In this document: positions 1-10,117 of the stretch, piece after piece
Position numbering within the stretch: position 1 is the first letter of the stretch
Layout of the letters: each line of letters starts with the position of its first letter
From: a bacterium
GTDB taxonomy: Bacteria; Bacillota_I; Bacilli_A; RFN20; CAG-826
Length of the DNA: 59,090 nt
Direction: 5' to 3'
Assembly (NCBI GenBank): GCA_963643345.1
Contig: CAVIJK010000005.1
Location: 1 to 59,090, forward strand
Notes under the pieces: generated by a model
What the model saw: only the letters and a program-made list of their open reading frames with translations
What the model was told of the DNA's origin: nothing
Database searches by the model: none
Program-made: the position numbers and the translations under genes

Positions 1-436
1 GATATATGTTTTGCATATTACCGAGAAGATATAGTTCCGGGGTGCCTTTTGCGACGCAAATGATAACATAAACAGCGTAATATAGTTCTCTAGATATCGA
101 CCTGATTACAAAAGATGAGAGAATTATGGATATCTTCGTTTGCCATTTCTCATGATACCCTAAGGCAATCAAAAGGATGGCAGGGATCGACTGAAGAGAG
201 TAGATCAGCATTGAACTGAGCCAATAGACATCTAAATCGTATTTATCGATAACAAAAACGGCAGCAAAAGAAAGCAAAATCGCTTGAAGCGCTGAATATA
301 CAAGCAGAAAAGAAAATTTAAGCCAATATTTTTCCTTTTTCTTAAAACTCCAGCAAAAGAAAAAACCCATAAAGAAAAGTTCAATCGCATATCTGAAGTA
401 ATCAAAAAAATGGTCAAATATCTCAACAAAATCCAT
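1..436 (-). CDS. Sensor histidine kinase, N-terminal membrane domain (partial, continues past left edge)
   Basis: This gene is not in the ORF track because it has no stop inside the window. The ATG at 436-434 overlaps the regulator stop (TAATG). The frame stays open to nt 1 (MDFVEIFDHFFDYFRYAIELFFMGFFFCWSF...LLIALGYHEKW...VYVIICVAKG...). It encodes several hydrophobic helices, as in AgrC/LytS-type kinases that partner LytTR regulators. Confidence 0.55.
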   Translation of the reverse strand, partial: MDFVEIFDHFFDYFRYAIELFFMGFFFCWSFKKKEKYWLKFSFLLVYSALQAILLSFAAVFVIDKYDLDVYWLSSMLIYSLQSIPAILLIALGYHEKWQTKISIILSSFVIRSISRELYYAVYVIICVAKGTPELYLLGNMQNIY

Positions 437-1149
437 TATGACTCCAAGAACTGGCCCATCGCAGAGACGAACTTTCCTTTCTTGCCCCTAGGAATTGGGA
501 AACTAACTCCTGTTAACATGACAACATCGCCGTTTTTTATCCCTTTAACATACTTTAAGTTAATAATAACGGATCTGCCCAAGCGATAAAACATATTTTT
601 GGGGAGCCCTTCTTCAACAGAATGGAGGGTCCCCCAAACTTCATAGTCGCACTGTTCTGTATGGTAGACAACCATATGGTCATCAGCATCAATATAGACG
701 ATGTCGGCGCTGGACAATTTCACAAATACGTCATTCGTTTTGACGACGATATCCTTGGTGACATTGTCCTCTTTCTTTTTAATGGCTTTACCAAGAACCC
801 TGCACAACTGATTGCGATTAACGGGCTTGAGTAAGAAATCCAAAGCATCCACTTCATACCCTTTAATGGCGTATTGGGCTAAATTAGTAACGAAAACGAG
901 GCTGACAGATGAGTCAATTTTCCTGAGTTTTGACGAGACATCCAAACCATTTAAACCAGGCATTGCGATATCCATCAAAACCAGATCATAAACAGGCTTA
1001 AAATCTTCGAGGAACATCGTTCCATTCTCAAAAGTCTTAATATCGAAAACGATTTCATTGTCGCATTGATACTTTTCAAGCTCCATGAGTAGATTATTTC
1101 TCTCGGACTGAGTGTCCTCAACAATTGCTATTCTAAACATATCGTCCAC
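436..1149 (-). CDS. LytTR-family two-component response regulator
   Basis: It has an N-terminal receiver domain (IAIVEDT...VLMDIAMPGLNG...K) and a C-terminal LytTR domain (VYIDADDHMVVYHT...FYRLGRSVIINLKYV...FPIPRGK). The start is GTG 1149 or ATG 1140. Confidence 0.9.
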   Translation of the reverse strand: MDDMFRIAIVEDTQSERNNLLMELEKYQCDNEIVFDIKTFENGTMFLEDFKPVYDLVLMDIAMPGLNGLDVSSKLRKIDSSVSLVFVTNLAQYAIKGYEVDALDFLLKPVNRNQLCRVLGKAIKKKEDNVTKDIVVKTNDVFVKLSSADIVYIDADDHMVVYHTEQCDYEVWGTLHSVEEGLPKNMFYRLGRSVIINLKYVKGIKNGDVVMLTGVSFPIPRGKKGKFVSAMGQFLES

Positions 1150-1214
1150 ATTTGTGATAATACCACAAGTCTCCCAGTTTAACCATTCTAAGAGTTGTCA
1201 ATTTTTTAGTCGAA

Positions 1215-3416
1215 TCAATAATTTTTCTTAACCCATTTCTGAACGATTGAAATGTCTTTTTCAACCGTTTCGGTACATGAATTAGGGTCGATGACACCGT
1301 GACGTGGAAGTCTTTCGACAACGAACCTTGATGAATATAGACTTGCGTACTGTTTCCAAACTTCAAGTCCTTTTTGTAAGGCTGCTACCGCCTTTTCTTG
1401 ATAGGTTTTTTCTCCCGTGTCGTTATAGAGTCTTAAATTCATTGCGCCTTCGAATTTCTGAGCGTAATACTCGCCAAGATAAGCCATGCACTTCTGGTCG
1501 AGAAGAATATTCGTTAAGGCTTTGTTTGAAGAAACCTCCCCTTCGACAGCAGCAACTGCATTTAATGTCTCTTCTGCTTCCTGCCTCAAAAGATCGGCAA
1601 CCTCAAACGGTGTCTTTTTATCGAACTTAGTTTCGCCATTGGCAAGGGCTTTTGCGTATTCGGCGATCGAAAGTTTATCTCCGTCAGGGTCGGCTAAATC
1701 TGAGTTAACGAATCTCTTGATGTCAAGGAATCCGAAAAGAGTTGGGTTTGACCAGCACATCTCAGGTAAAAAAGCTGCATCGGTTCCGCCTGGAGCATAG
1801 GAAGAAATGATATTCGGCATGATTGGAGATGCTTTCTTCATGGCGTCGTAGACCTTATCAACAGTCTCGGCTTTAACTCCGTCATCCTCATAGTGATCTT
1901 CCACTATTTTCTGCCATCTTTCATTTGTCATTGTGATATCGTAAGCAAATCTGCCAAACATCGAATATTGAATCCAGTGACGATTGTAATAATAGTCGCC
2001 GTTCAACGATTCGTCTTTGAACTCGTATTCTTTTCCTGAGACGTAATATCCATCTATTGCGAAATGCCATCCGGCAACCCTATCAGTCACAACATTCTTG
2101 CACCACTCTCTGACCCAATCGGCATCAGCCCAGGTCAAATGATAGCAATCTTCGCCACGGACGTTATAAATCATGTTCCATCCATCTGGCATTGAAGAAG
2201 CGTAATTCAAGTTATCCGTGCACTTATTTACGGATAATAATCTTGTATCGTTATATCTCTTGTTAACAAAGAGGTTGTACTGGTAATCTGTCCATTTGCT
2301 GTAGAAATCATCCGTTAATAATGTATTTCCAACGCCGGCGAATCCAAGGCTAAATCTCTTCGCTCTTTCCGGATCTTTTGATAGAACCTGAGCGCATGCG
2401 TTTCCGTAGACGTCACGATACCATTGATTGACATCGTCGGTTCTATCAGCTGCATAATTCATGTTTTCACCGCACGTTGTCTTGATTTGATCGATATAAG
2501 GATAAGTCTCCAAAAGTTTTGCATATGATTTAGTCAAATAATCTTTTGTAACTGCATTATCAATATCAGGAGTGATTCCATAGTTAGAAAATCTAGTTTC
2601 GGAGAAGGTGTATAAGTTCATCGTTGAGAACTGCCAGCTGATTCCTCTGTTGTGAGCAGCCTCCATAACTTCCTGCCAAAATGAAATCTTCTCATCGATT
2701 GTCATCTGTTTGACAAGTCTTTTTTGATCCCATTGGGAATCCTGCCACATATTTGTGCAGTTTCCGTAGTAACTATCATCATAGTCACCGGTGTATTCAT
2801 AAACATCGTCCAAAGCGCAATTCTCGTAGCCCTCGACTTTAACCATGTTCGGCAATGAATTGACTGTGGCAAAGCTAAGAAGGTTATATCTCATTCTGGC
2901 CATGATGTCGAAAAGGCCTTTCCAATAATCTAAATCCCACGTGTTTTCAAGGTTCCAACGAGTGGAATCACCATTATTTGTATACGATGGGGTTCTCATA
3001 TCCATCGGAGGGCGGCAGGATACGCCTCTGATTTCGGTATACGGTTTCTGGTTGGTTGACTCCAAACCTTTCATTCCGTTATTGATGTTAATCTGCTCAG
3101 CAAGCTCAAGCCCACCATACATAACGCCAACTCTGTCACCACCAACGATAGAAACAGTCTTGTCATTAACCGATAAGTTAAATGACTGTTCCCCTAACGT
3201 TTCATCGTAATTTTTAAATTCGATTGTGTAATCCGCTTTTGAGTCAACAACTTTAATGTTGTTCCTTTCGCAAGCAGCCTTGATTTCATCGACTGCAAAA
3301 GATGCCGTTTCGTCCTCAACTGCACAAGAGATTGAGACTGTTGTTTTCGAATTACCGCAGCCAGAAAGTAGCCCAACAAGCATTAGGCTGCTAAAAAATA
3401 AAGATGTTTTCTTCAT
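1215..3416 (-). CDS. Large lipoprotein, putative glycoside-hydrolase-like (function uncertain)
   Basis: It has a signal peptide and lipobox (MKKTSLFFSSLMLVGLLSGC). The N-terminal module (GGDRVGVMYGGLELAEQI) resembles the alpha/beta module that precedes the TIM barrel in GH20/GH67/GH115-type enzymes. The ORF is long and uninterrupted. Confidence 0.8.
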   Translation of the reverse strand: MKKTSLFFSSLMLVGLLSGCGNSKTTVSISCAVEDETASFAVDEIKAACERNNIKVVDSKADYTIEFKNYDETLGEQSFNLSVNDKTVSIVGGDRVGVMYGGLELAEQININNGMKGLESTNQKPYTEIRGVSCRPPMDMRTPSYTNNGDSTRWNLENTWDLDYWKGLFDIMARMRYNLLSFATVNSLPNMVKVEGYENCALDDVYEYTGDYDDSYYGNCTNMWQDSQWDQKRLVKQMTIDEKISFWQEVMEAAHNRGISWQFSTMNLYTFSETRFSNYGITPDIDNAVTKDYLTKSYAKLLETYPYIDQIKTTCGENMNYAADRTDDVNQWYRDVYGNACAQVLSKDPERAKRFSLGFAGVGNTLLTDDFYSKWTDYQYNLFVNKRYNDTRLLSVNKCTDNLNYASSMPDGWNMIYNVRGEDCYHLTWADADWVREWCKNVVTDRVAGWHFAIDGYYVSGKEYEFKDESLNGDYYYNRHWIQYSMFGRFAYDITMTNERWQKIVEDHYEDDGVKAETVDKVYDAMKKASPIMPNIISSYAPGGTDAAFLPEMCWSNPTLFGFLDIKRFVNSDLADPDGDKLSIAEYAKALANGETKFDKKTPFEVADLLRQEAEETLNAVAAVEGEVSSNKALTNILLDQKCMAYLGEYYAQKFEGAMNLRLYNDTGEKTYQEKAVAALQKGLEVWKQYASLYSSRFVVERLPRHGVIDPNSCTETVEKDISIVQKWVKKNY

Positions 3417-3684
3417 ATATAATCAAAACCCTAAGGTTTCCTTTCAAGGAAATGTTATTTGCAAATAGCAAAATTAATTTTTATTTTTTCGTGAACAAAG
3501 CATTTCATTTCGCAATATGCTATTTGAAAAAAACGAAATCTATCTAGTCCCCTTAATTAAAAGCGACAATTAATCTTAATTCGCTAATGACATTTCGCGG
3601 AAATGCCCCTACTTTTTTCGGGATCGGCGTTAAATTTCAAATAACGATGAAGTCAATCTTATGAATGTGGAGATAAATAAAATT

Positions 3685-4788
3685 CTAATTCATATTCAAC
3701 GAATCAATAAGCGCATTAATTGCCATTTCATAATACAAATCCGCATTACCAATAATGTCGCTTTCAGAAGCCTCAAGTGGAGTTGTTATATAAATGGAGT
3801 CAATACCGTTTTCCTTAGCTTTTTTCATTCCTTCTTCTGTTGCGGATCCAACAATCAAGGCTAACGGCACACCGGCCGCCTTGGTTCTCTTGATGATTCC
3901 TTCTACCACTTTTCCTGAGAATGATTGGGAGTCAAGTTTTCCCTCCCCCGATATAACTAAATCACAGCCCTTTAGCGCTTCATCAAAATGCGCGGCATCT
4001 AAAACCATTTCAATGCCGGATTTAACTTCGGCGTTGAAGAACGCCATAAGTCCGAAGCCGAAACCGCCGGCTGCTCCAGCCCCGGGGACATCTGATAATT
4101 CTTTAGACACCTTTTCACCAAGGTATTTCAAGTTATCATCCAAAACTTTTACCATTTTATTGTCAGCACCTTTTTGAAGGGCGAATACGTAAGAAGCACC
4201 ATTAAGTCCGAAAAGCGGATTCTTGACATCACTCATTCCAATGATCTTTATCCCGTTTAAAATGGCAGGAATTTCAATATGCTTAATATCCTTTAAGGTT
4301 CCACCCGTTGGAACAAACTCTTGACCGCTTTTATTTTTAAAAACCACTCCAAGGCTAGAAGCAAAGCCACATCCGCCATCATTTGTAGACGTTCCGCCCA
4401 TACCGATAATAATTGTCTTAACGCCCTTTTCTACTGCGTTTTTTACAAGTTTTCCTAAACCGTATGTCGTGGTAATCAGTGGATTTTTAATCTTAGTGTG
4501 CGGGAGGCCAACAACTGACGACATCTCGATCACAGCTTTGTCTTCAAACAAAAAATAATCAGCGTAAATTGGATTCCAATTTGCATCAACCGTACCGACT
4601 TTGACCATTTTGCCTTCCAACAAACGATGAAAGCATTCGCAAGTGCCCTCACCGCCATCGGCAACAGGAATTTCAACCACTTGGCAATCGGGATAGCGTT
4701 TGTTCCAAATACGTTTGAAAATCGTTGAAATTGCAACGCTTGACAGCGTCCCCTTGAATGAATCCGAAGCAATAATCACCTTGTTCAT
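3685..4788 (-). CDS. glxK: Glycerate kinase
   Basis: The N-terminus MNKVIIASDSFKGTLSS...PVADGGEGT is a typical glycerate kinase N-terminus. The ORF-track start (GTG 4806) is probably spurious, so ATG 4788 is preferred. Confidence 0.9.
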   Translation of the reverse strand: MNKVIIASDSFKGTLSSVAISTIFKRIWNKRYPDCQVVEIPVADGGEGTCECFHRLLEGKMVKVGTVDANWNPIYADYFLFEDKAVIEMSSVVGLPHTKIKNPLITTTYGLGKLVKNAVEKGVKTIIIGMGGTSTNDGGCGFASSLGVVFKNKSGQEFVPTGGTLKDIKHIEIPAILNGIKIIGMSDVKNPLFGLNGASYVFALQKGADNKMVKVLDDNLKYLGEKVSKELSDVPGAGAAGGFGFGLMAFFNAEVKSGIEMVLDAAHFDEALKGCDLVISGEGKLDSQSFSGKVVEGIIKRTKAAGVPLALIVGSATEEGMKKAKENGIDSIYITTPLEASESDIIGNADLYYEMAINALIDSLNMN

Positions 4789-4909
4789 GAAGACAATTAT
4801 AGGCACTTGCTGAAATTACTAAAGCGTCACTTATTTTTTAAATAAGTTGACTTAGAAGACTATCGGAATAAAATAACAACCGGTTTAAAACCGAAAAAAG
4901 GAAAGAAAT

Positions 4910-5566
4910 ATGAAAAAAGTATTATTAGCCACATTAGCACTTCTTCCGCTTGCATTATGCGCTTGCGGTGAATCGACTAAAGGCGTTGAGGGAAAGACGT
5001 TTGTCTTCTCTTCATTGACAAAAGATGAAGTCAAATCAGGGGATTCTGCAGAATTCTATACCGAAAACAACCCAGCTGGAGCAACAAAAGAAGCCGTTGT
5101 GGAAACTGCAGTCCATGCACTTGAAGAACACGGAACAGACAACAAAACCGGCGAAATCTCATTTGGACCTGCCACTTACGCAAATATGACATACAAGGGT
5201 TCGGAAGCAAAAATTGGCGCATATAACGCCGTTAATCTTAGTGAGAACTCCATGACACGCGAATGTTATTGGCTTGCACTCAATAACGACTACACATCAG
5301 TCCATTTCGTTGATTTAGCTCAAAACTCCACTACCGAAGTTGTTGATTATACATTCGAAATGGGAGGAAAAGTGGATTACAGTTCAACAGATGGAAGCAG
5401 CCACACCACCAATTACAAAACTTACGCAAACGACACCGCTGTTACCTACGACAAGAAGGCTAAAACATTAACAATCGCCTTAGACGTTACATACGAAGTA
5501 ACCGTTGATTCAAACAAGACAGCAAACGTCATGTCCTACACGCTTAGCTTCACAGAAAAAGCTTAG
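4910..5566 (+). CDS. Lipoprotein, unknown function
   Basis: It has a lipobox (MKKVLLATLALLPLALCAC) and a good SD (AAGGAAAG) upstream. No domain was recognised. Confidence 0.8.
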   Translation: MKKVLLATLALLPLALCACGESTKGVEGKTFVFSSLTKDEVKSGDSAEFYTENNPAGATKEAVVETAVHALEEHGTDNKTGEISFGPATYANMTYKGSEAKIGAYNAVNLSENSMTRECYWLALNNDYTSVHFVDLAQNSTTEVVDYTFEMGGKVDYSSTDGSSHTTNYKTYANDTAVTYDKKAKTLTIALDVTYEVTVDSNKTANVMSYTLSFTEKA

Positions 5567-5580
5567 TAAAAAACAAAATT

Positions 5581-5656
5581 AAGAAGTCCTCTTTGAGGGT
5601 ATCTTTCCGGATTTTTGCCGATATCGATACATCCCATGTTTGGACTTCTTTTTTTA
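5581..5656 (+). terminator. Rho-independent terminator (long hairpin) after the lipoprotein gene
   Basis: AAGAAGTCC (5581-5589) pairs with GGACTTCTT (5642-5650) and is followed by TTTTT. The interior is also self-complementary. Confidence 0.5.
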
Positions 5657-5663
5657 TGCGATT

Positions 5664-5712
5664 AATAAAAAACAGGAATTTGATTCTCGTTTGAGTTGAC
5701 AAAATTCCTGTT
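5664..5712 (-). terminator. Rho-independent terminator of glgP
   Basis: The stem is AACAGGAATTT (5671-5681) paired with AAATTCCTGTT (5702-5712). On the minus strand it is followed by TTTTTATT. Confidence 0.65.
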
Positions 5713-5748
5713 ATCTTATTTTTTAAACCAATAAATTACTTATTCGGA

Positions 5749-8172
5749 TTATTCTTTGCCGTTTGGCTTAACCTTTTCTAAGTGCCAAATATCTCTGTTA
5801 TATTCTTCGATAGTTCTGTCACTTGAGAAATGTCCTGACATGGCGATGTTCATAATTGAAGCGTGTGCCCATTTCTTTTTATCAAGATACATCGTATCGG
5901 CTTGTTCACAAGCTTTGCAATATGCATCAAAGTCGGCAAGGATGAAGAATTGATCTCCCCTATTCATGACTTCATCAAAAATCATTCTAAATCTGTCGCC
6001 ATGTTTTACCGCCCATGGTCCTGTGTAAAGGGAATCTAAGACATTTTTTACACGATTGTCCGAGTTGTAAACATCCCATGGATTATAGTTGCAAGAGTCT
6101 ACTTTTTCCTGAACTTCTTCTGCGGTTAAACCAAAGATTACTTCGTTTTCCCTACCGGCAAGGTCGGCTATTTCGATATTTGCACCGTCAAGTGTGCCGA
6201 TTGTTATAGCGCCATTCATCATGAGTTTCATGTTAGATGTGCCTGAAGCTTCTTTTCCTGCGGTTGAAATTTGTTCTGACAAATCAGATGCCGGGATAAT
6301 ACGTTCAGCTAGAGAGACTCCATAATTCTCAACAAAGACAATCTTCATGTATTTGTTGGCCTGTTCATCATTATTGACGACGTCGGCAACGGCAAGAATC
6401 AATTCGATGATACGTTTTGCGTACTCATACGACGGAGCGGCCTTGGCGCCAAAGATATAGGTGTGTGGAACCATATTGAAGTTGGCCGGATCTTCTTTTA
6501 GCTTCAGATAATTGGACATGATATGGAAGACGTTGAGCAACTGTCTCTTATATGCATGCAAACGCTTAATCTGAGTGTCAAAAATTGAATTTGGGTCAAC
6601 ATCAATGTCATAGGACGTCTTAACGAATTTAGCAAAGGCAACTTTGTTTTCGTGTTTAATTTCTAGCAACGCCTTCTGGACTTTCTGATCGTCTGCAAAT
6701 TCAGCAAACTTCTTCAAATCATCCGCATTGCGAATCCATGAGTCGCCAATTTTTGATGTAACTAATTCGGCAAGTTTTGGGTTGCTATAAAGTAACCATC
6801 TACGATGGGTAACACCATTTGTCTTATTGGAGAACTTCTCAGGGTACAACTGATAAAAGCTCTTAAATGTATAGCTCTTAAGAATTTCCGTGTGGATAGC
6901 GGCAACGCCATTTACTGAATATCCGGCATAAATTGCCATATTTGTCATATGGATCTGTCCGTCTTTGATAATCTGCATCGCATATCTATCAGCCGGATTA
7001 ACACCTTGTTCAACGAGGTATTGGTTGAATCTGCGATTAATCTCTTCGATTATCATATAGATTCGAGGCAAAAGTTTCTGAACGAATTGGACCGGCCACT
7101 TCTCGAGCGCTTCCGGCATGACGGTGTGATTGGTATAGGCGATTGACTCATTGACAACCTTCCAGGCATCATCCCATCCCCAACCATATTCATCCATAAG
7201 CAATCTCATCATCTCAGGGATGGCAAGAATTGGATGTGTGTCGTTTAACTGGAACACGTAATGTTTGGAGAATTGTTTCAAATCGCCATAACGTCTGAGT
7301 TCTCCCCTCATGGACGATTGCAAACCCGCGGACACGAGGAAATATTGCTGACGTAATCTTAACATGCGTCCGTTCTCGGTGGAGTCATCCGGATAAAGAC
7401 CGAAAGACAATTCCTTTAAGGTCTGAAGATATTCGTTGAATGAACAATCTGTAGGGAGTCTTTTGTTGGATGGCTCAGCCGACCAAAGTCTTAAAGTGTT
7501 TGCAACCCCATTTTTATATCCGACCACTGAAACGTCGTATGGGACAGCGCGTACCGCACGATAGTTGACTAAACGCATCGCGTATTCACCGTTAGGTTTA
7601 AGGTAAGTCTCTGAATTGCCATAGAACTTAACTTCGACCGCGTGTTTTGGCTTTCTGACTTCAAATACAAAGCCATCTGACAACCATTGGTCAGGAAGTT
7701 CGACTTGCTTGCCGTGAGAGAATTTCTGACGGAAGAATCCATATTCATAACGGATTGTGTTACCGTGCATCGGATAGCCGCAAGAAGCCGCGGAATCGAG
7801 GAAACAAGCCGCTAAACGACCTAAACCACCGTTTCCCAAGCCTGCATCTGGTTCAAGGTCTTCCAATTCATTGATATCAATGCCGTAATCGGCGAGTCCA
7901 TCTTTGGCAACCTGATAGACTCCAAGGTTCTGCATGTTGTTAAGCAAAAGTCTTCCAATGAGGAATTCCATCGAGAAATACACAAGCTGTTTCTTGCCGT
8001 TACCGAGAATGTCTTCACGACAGTTGCGCCAGCCTTTCCCAGCGAAATCTCTTACCATCTCGCCCAAGATATCATATCTTTCGGTGACATCGGCGTCTTC
8101 TACATTTCGTCCATATTTCTCTACGAGTCTTTTTTCAAACTCATTCTTAAAATCGCGTTTGTTTTCAAACAT
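5749..8172 (-). CDS. glgP: Glycogen/maltodextrin phosphorylase
   Basis: The protein is 807 aa and carries the PLP-site signature EASGTSNMKLMMNGA, with family-wide similarity. Confidence 0.95.
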   Translation of the reverse strand: MFENKRDFKNEFEKRLVEKYGRNVEDADVTERYDILGEMVRDFAGKGWRNCREDILGNGKKQLVYFSMEFLIGRLLLNNMQNLGVYQVAKDGLADYGIDINELEDLEPDAGLGNGGLGRLAACFLDSAASCGYPMHGNTIRYEYGFFRQKFSHGKQVELPDQWLSDGFVFEVRKPKHAVEVKFYGNSETYLKPNGEYAMRLVNYRAVRAVPYDVSVVGYKNGVANTLRLWSAEPSNKRLPTDCSFNEYLQTLKELSFGLYPDDSTENGRMLRLRQQYFLVSAGLQSSMRGELRRYGDLKQFSKHYVFQLNDTHPILAIPEMMRLLMDEYGWGWDDAWKVVNESIAYTNHTVMPEALEKWPVQFVQKLLPRIYMIIEEINRRFNQYLVEQGVNPADRYAMQIIKDGQIHMTNMAIYAGYSVNGVAAIHTEILKSYTFKSFYQLYPEKFSNKTNGVTHRRWLLYSNPKLAELVTSKIGDSWIRNADDLKKFAEFADDQKVQKALLEIKHENKVAFAKFVKTSYDIDVDPNSIFDTQIKRLHAYKRQLLNVFHIMSNYLKLKEDPANFNMVPHTYIFGAKAAPSYEYAKRIIELILAVADVVNNDEQANKYMKIVFVENYGVSLAERIIPASDLSEQISTAGKEASGTSNMKLMMNGAITIGTLDGANIEIADLAGRENEVIFGLTAEEVQEKVDSCNYNPWDVYNSDNRVKNVLDSLYTGPWAVKHGDRFRMIFDEVMNRGDQFFILADFDAYCKACEQADTMYLDKKKWAHASIMNIAMSGHFSSDRTIEEYNRDIWHLEKVKPNGKE

Positions 8173-8197
8173 ATATCGTTAATCCTTAATTTTGGGT

Positions 8198-10117
8198 TTA
8201 TCTAGTCTTCGTTGACTTAGCCTTATGCGTGCTTGTTGATGTACGCGCAGGGCTTTTCTTTGCCGTTTTCTTTGAAACGACAGGTTGTATTTTACGCTTA
8301 AAAATCATCGCTGCATAGCACCCAAGTTTGATTGTCAGGTGATTAGGGCGGCCTTCAGGACCGTTTGGAGCAGCTTTTAAAGGCAAACCGTTATATTGAC
8401 CGTGCCCTCCATAGCAATCCTTATCTGAATTGAAGATTTCGACATACTCCCCATCGTGTAGGCATCCAACATCATATTCCTCATAAAAATTAGGAGTCAT
8501 GTTGTAGACGAATAAAAGATCGGAATCCTCCACTTCCCTTTCAAAGGCAAAGACCGATTGGTCGGCATTATCCACCATCATCCAGTGGAAGTTTCTGCCA
8601 TCGTATTCCCATTTATGCATCGCTGGTTCGGCCTGATAAATGAGATTGAGGTCTCTAATCAAACGCTTTACCGAATCGTGTTTTGGATAAGTAAGTAAAA
8701 CCCACGGCAACGATTTCTCCTCATTCCATTCATCGAAAGAGGCGAGTTCCCCTCCCATGAAAAGCAGTTTCTTTCCCGGGTGGCCCCATTGATATGTATA
8801 GAGGTTTCTCAGTAAGTCGAACTTGTTTTCGTATGAACCAAACATCTTGTTGATTAAGGTGCCTTTCATATGGACGACTTCGTCGTGCGATAGTGGCATG
8901 ATGAATCTTTCCGAGAAGAAATACGCCATTGAGAAATTGATTTTTGTGTGATCCCATTTCTTGTACACAGGATCCATCTTGTAATATTTGAGGGTGTCGT
9001 TCATCCAACCTAAATCCCATTTATAGTCAAAGCCTAGCCCGCCTTCCGTTTCCGGTTTTGTGACGCCTTGGTAATCAGAAGAATCCTCCGCTATCATCAT
9101 GACATTCGGGTGTTCATAGTGAATTTTGCCATTTAAACGTTTGATAAACTCCGTTGCTCCAGCATTTTCGCCTTCGTTTTTATTACCGTCCCAGAAGATG
9201 ATGTTGGAAACTGCGTCGACGCGGATGCCGTCAAAATGGAACACCGACAAGAAGTAGTTCATCGCCGACATCAAAAATGAACGAACTGGGTCTTTGCCCA
9301 AATCGAATTGGCAGCTACCCCATTGAGAGAACGTTCTCCTTGGGTCGTCATACTCGAACATATGGGTACCATCGAATTCCCTAAGGGCAAAGTCGTCGGT
9401 GGCAAAATGAACTGGGGCAAAATCTAAAATAACGCCCAAGCCCGCTCTATGCATCCTATCCACGAACGACATCAATTGCTTTGGGTTTCCATATCTAGAA
9501 TCAACGGAATAGAAGCCGGTTGCTTGATAGCCCCAAGAACCGTCGAATGGGTATTGGCATAGCGGCATGACTTCAGCGTGGGTAAAGCCGTTTTCTTTCA
9601 TATAAGGAATTAAAGAGTCGGCAATCTCTTCGTAGGATGGGTATCTATCGCCGACTTTACCTCTCCATGAACCAAGATGTATTTCGTAGATGGATAATGG
9701 TTTGTCGTAGTTGCGAGACCTGGTTTTAAGCCAATCGCCGTCCATCCATGGGAAGCCTTGGATATCGAACAGCCTTGAAGCGGTCAACGGACGCAGTTCG
9801 GAAAAGAATGCAAAAGGGTCGGCCCTGTCAACATATTCTCCTTGGGCGTTTCTGAAATGGAATTTATAAGATTGATACATCTGGCAGCCCGGGACAAAAA
9901 CCTCCCAGCAACCGCAGTCGTCAATCTTATTCATCTTATTGGCATCGTAATTCCACCAATTCCAATCCCCCACAACCGAAACATCCTCAGCCATCGGGGC
10001 GTATAAACGGAAGACCACACCATCGACTCCGTCCTTATTAACAAAATGTGCGCCGAAATATTCAAAAGCCTTAATTGTTTGACCATTTAAATAGTCAGCA
10101 AGTAAACCATATGCCAT
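8198..10117 (-). CDS. glgB: 1,4-alpha-glucan branching enzyme
   Basis: It shows GH13 motifs (GVILDFAPVHF, GIRVDAV, MIAEDS) and a basic S/T/K-rich C-terminal tail. ATG 10117 has an AGAGGA SD 10 nt upstream. The ORF-track GTG 10177 has none. Confidence 0.9.
   Translation of the reverse strand: MAYGLLADYLNGQTIKAFEYFGAHFVNKDGVDGVVFRLYAPMAEDVSVVGDWNWWNYDANKMNKIDDCGCWEVFVPGCQMYQSYKFHFRNAQGEYVDRADPFAFFSELRPLTASRLFDIQGFPWMDGDWLKTRSRNYDKPLSIYEIHLGSWRGKVGDRYPSYEEIADSLIPYMKENGFTHAEVMPLCQYPFDGSWGYQATGFYSVDSRYGNPKQLMSFVDRMHRAGLGVILDFAPVHFATDDFALREFDGTHMFEYDDPRRTFSQWGSCQFDLGKDPVRSFLMSAMNYFLSVFHFDGIRVDAVSNIIFWDGNKNEGENAGATEFIKRLNGKIHYEHPNVMMIAEDSSDYQGVTKPETEGGLGFDYKWDLGWMNDTLKYYKMDPVYKKWDHTKINFSMAYFFSERFIMPLSHDEVVHMKGTLINKMFGSYENKFDLLRNLYTYQWGHPGKKLLFMGGELASFDEWNEEKSLPWVLLTYPKHDSVKRLIRDLNLIYQAEPAMHKWEYDGRNFHWMMVDNADQSVFAFEREVEDSDLLFVYNMTPNFYEEYDVGCLHDGEYVEIFNSDKDCYGGHGQYNGLPLKAAPNGPEGRPNHLTIKLGCYAAMIFKRKIQPVVSKKTAKKSPARTSTSTHKAKSTKTR

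Noticed and set aside
232-429. A 65-aa ORF listed downstream of the LytTR regulator.
   Set aside because: It lies wholly inside a longer, edge-truncated frame (1-436). That frame starts by overlapping the regulator stop and encodes a coherent membrane domain. The 65-aa ORF starts with TTG, has no SD, and is treated as a shadow frame.
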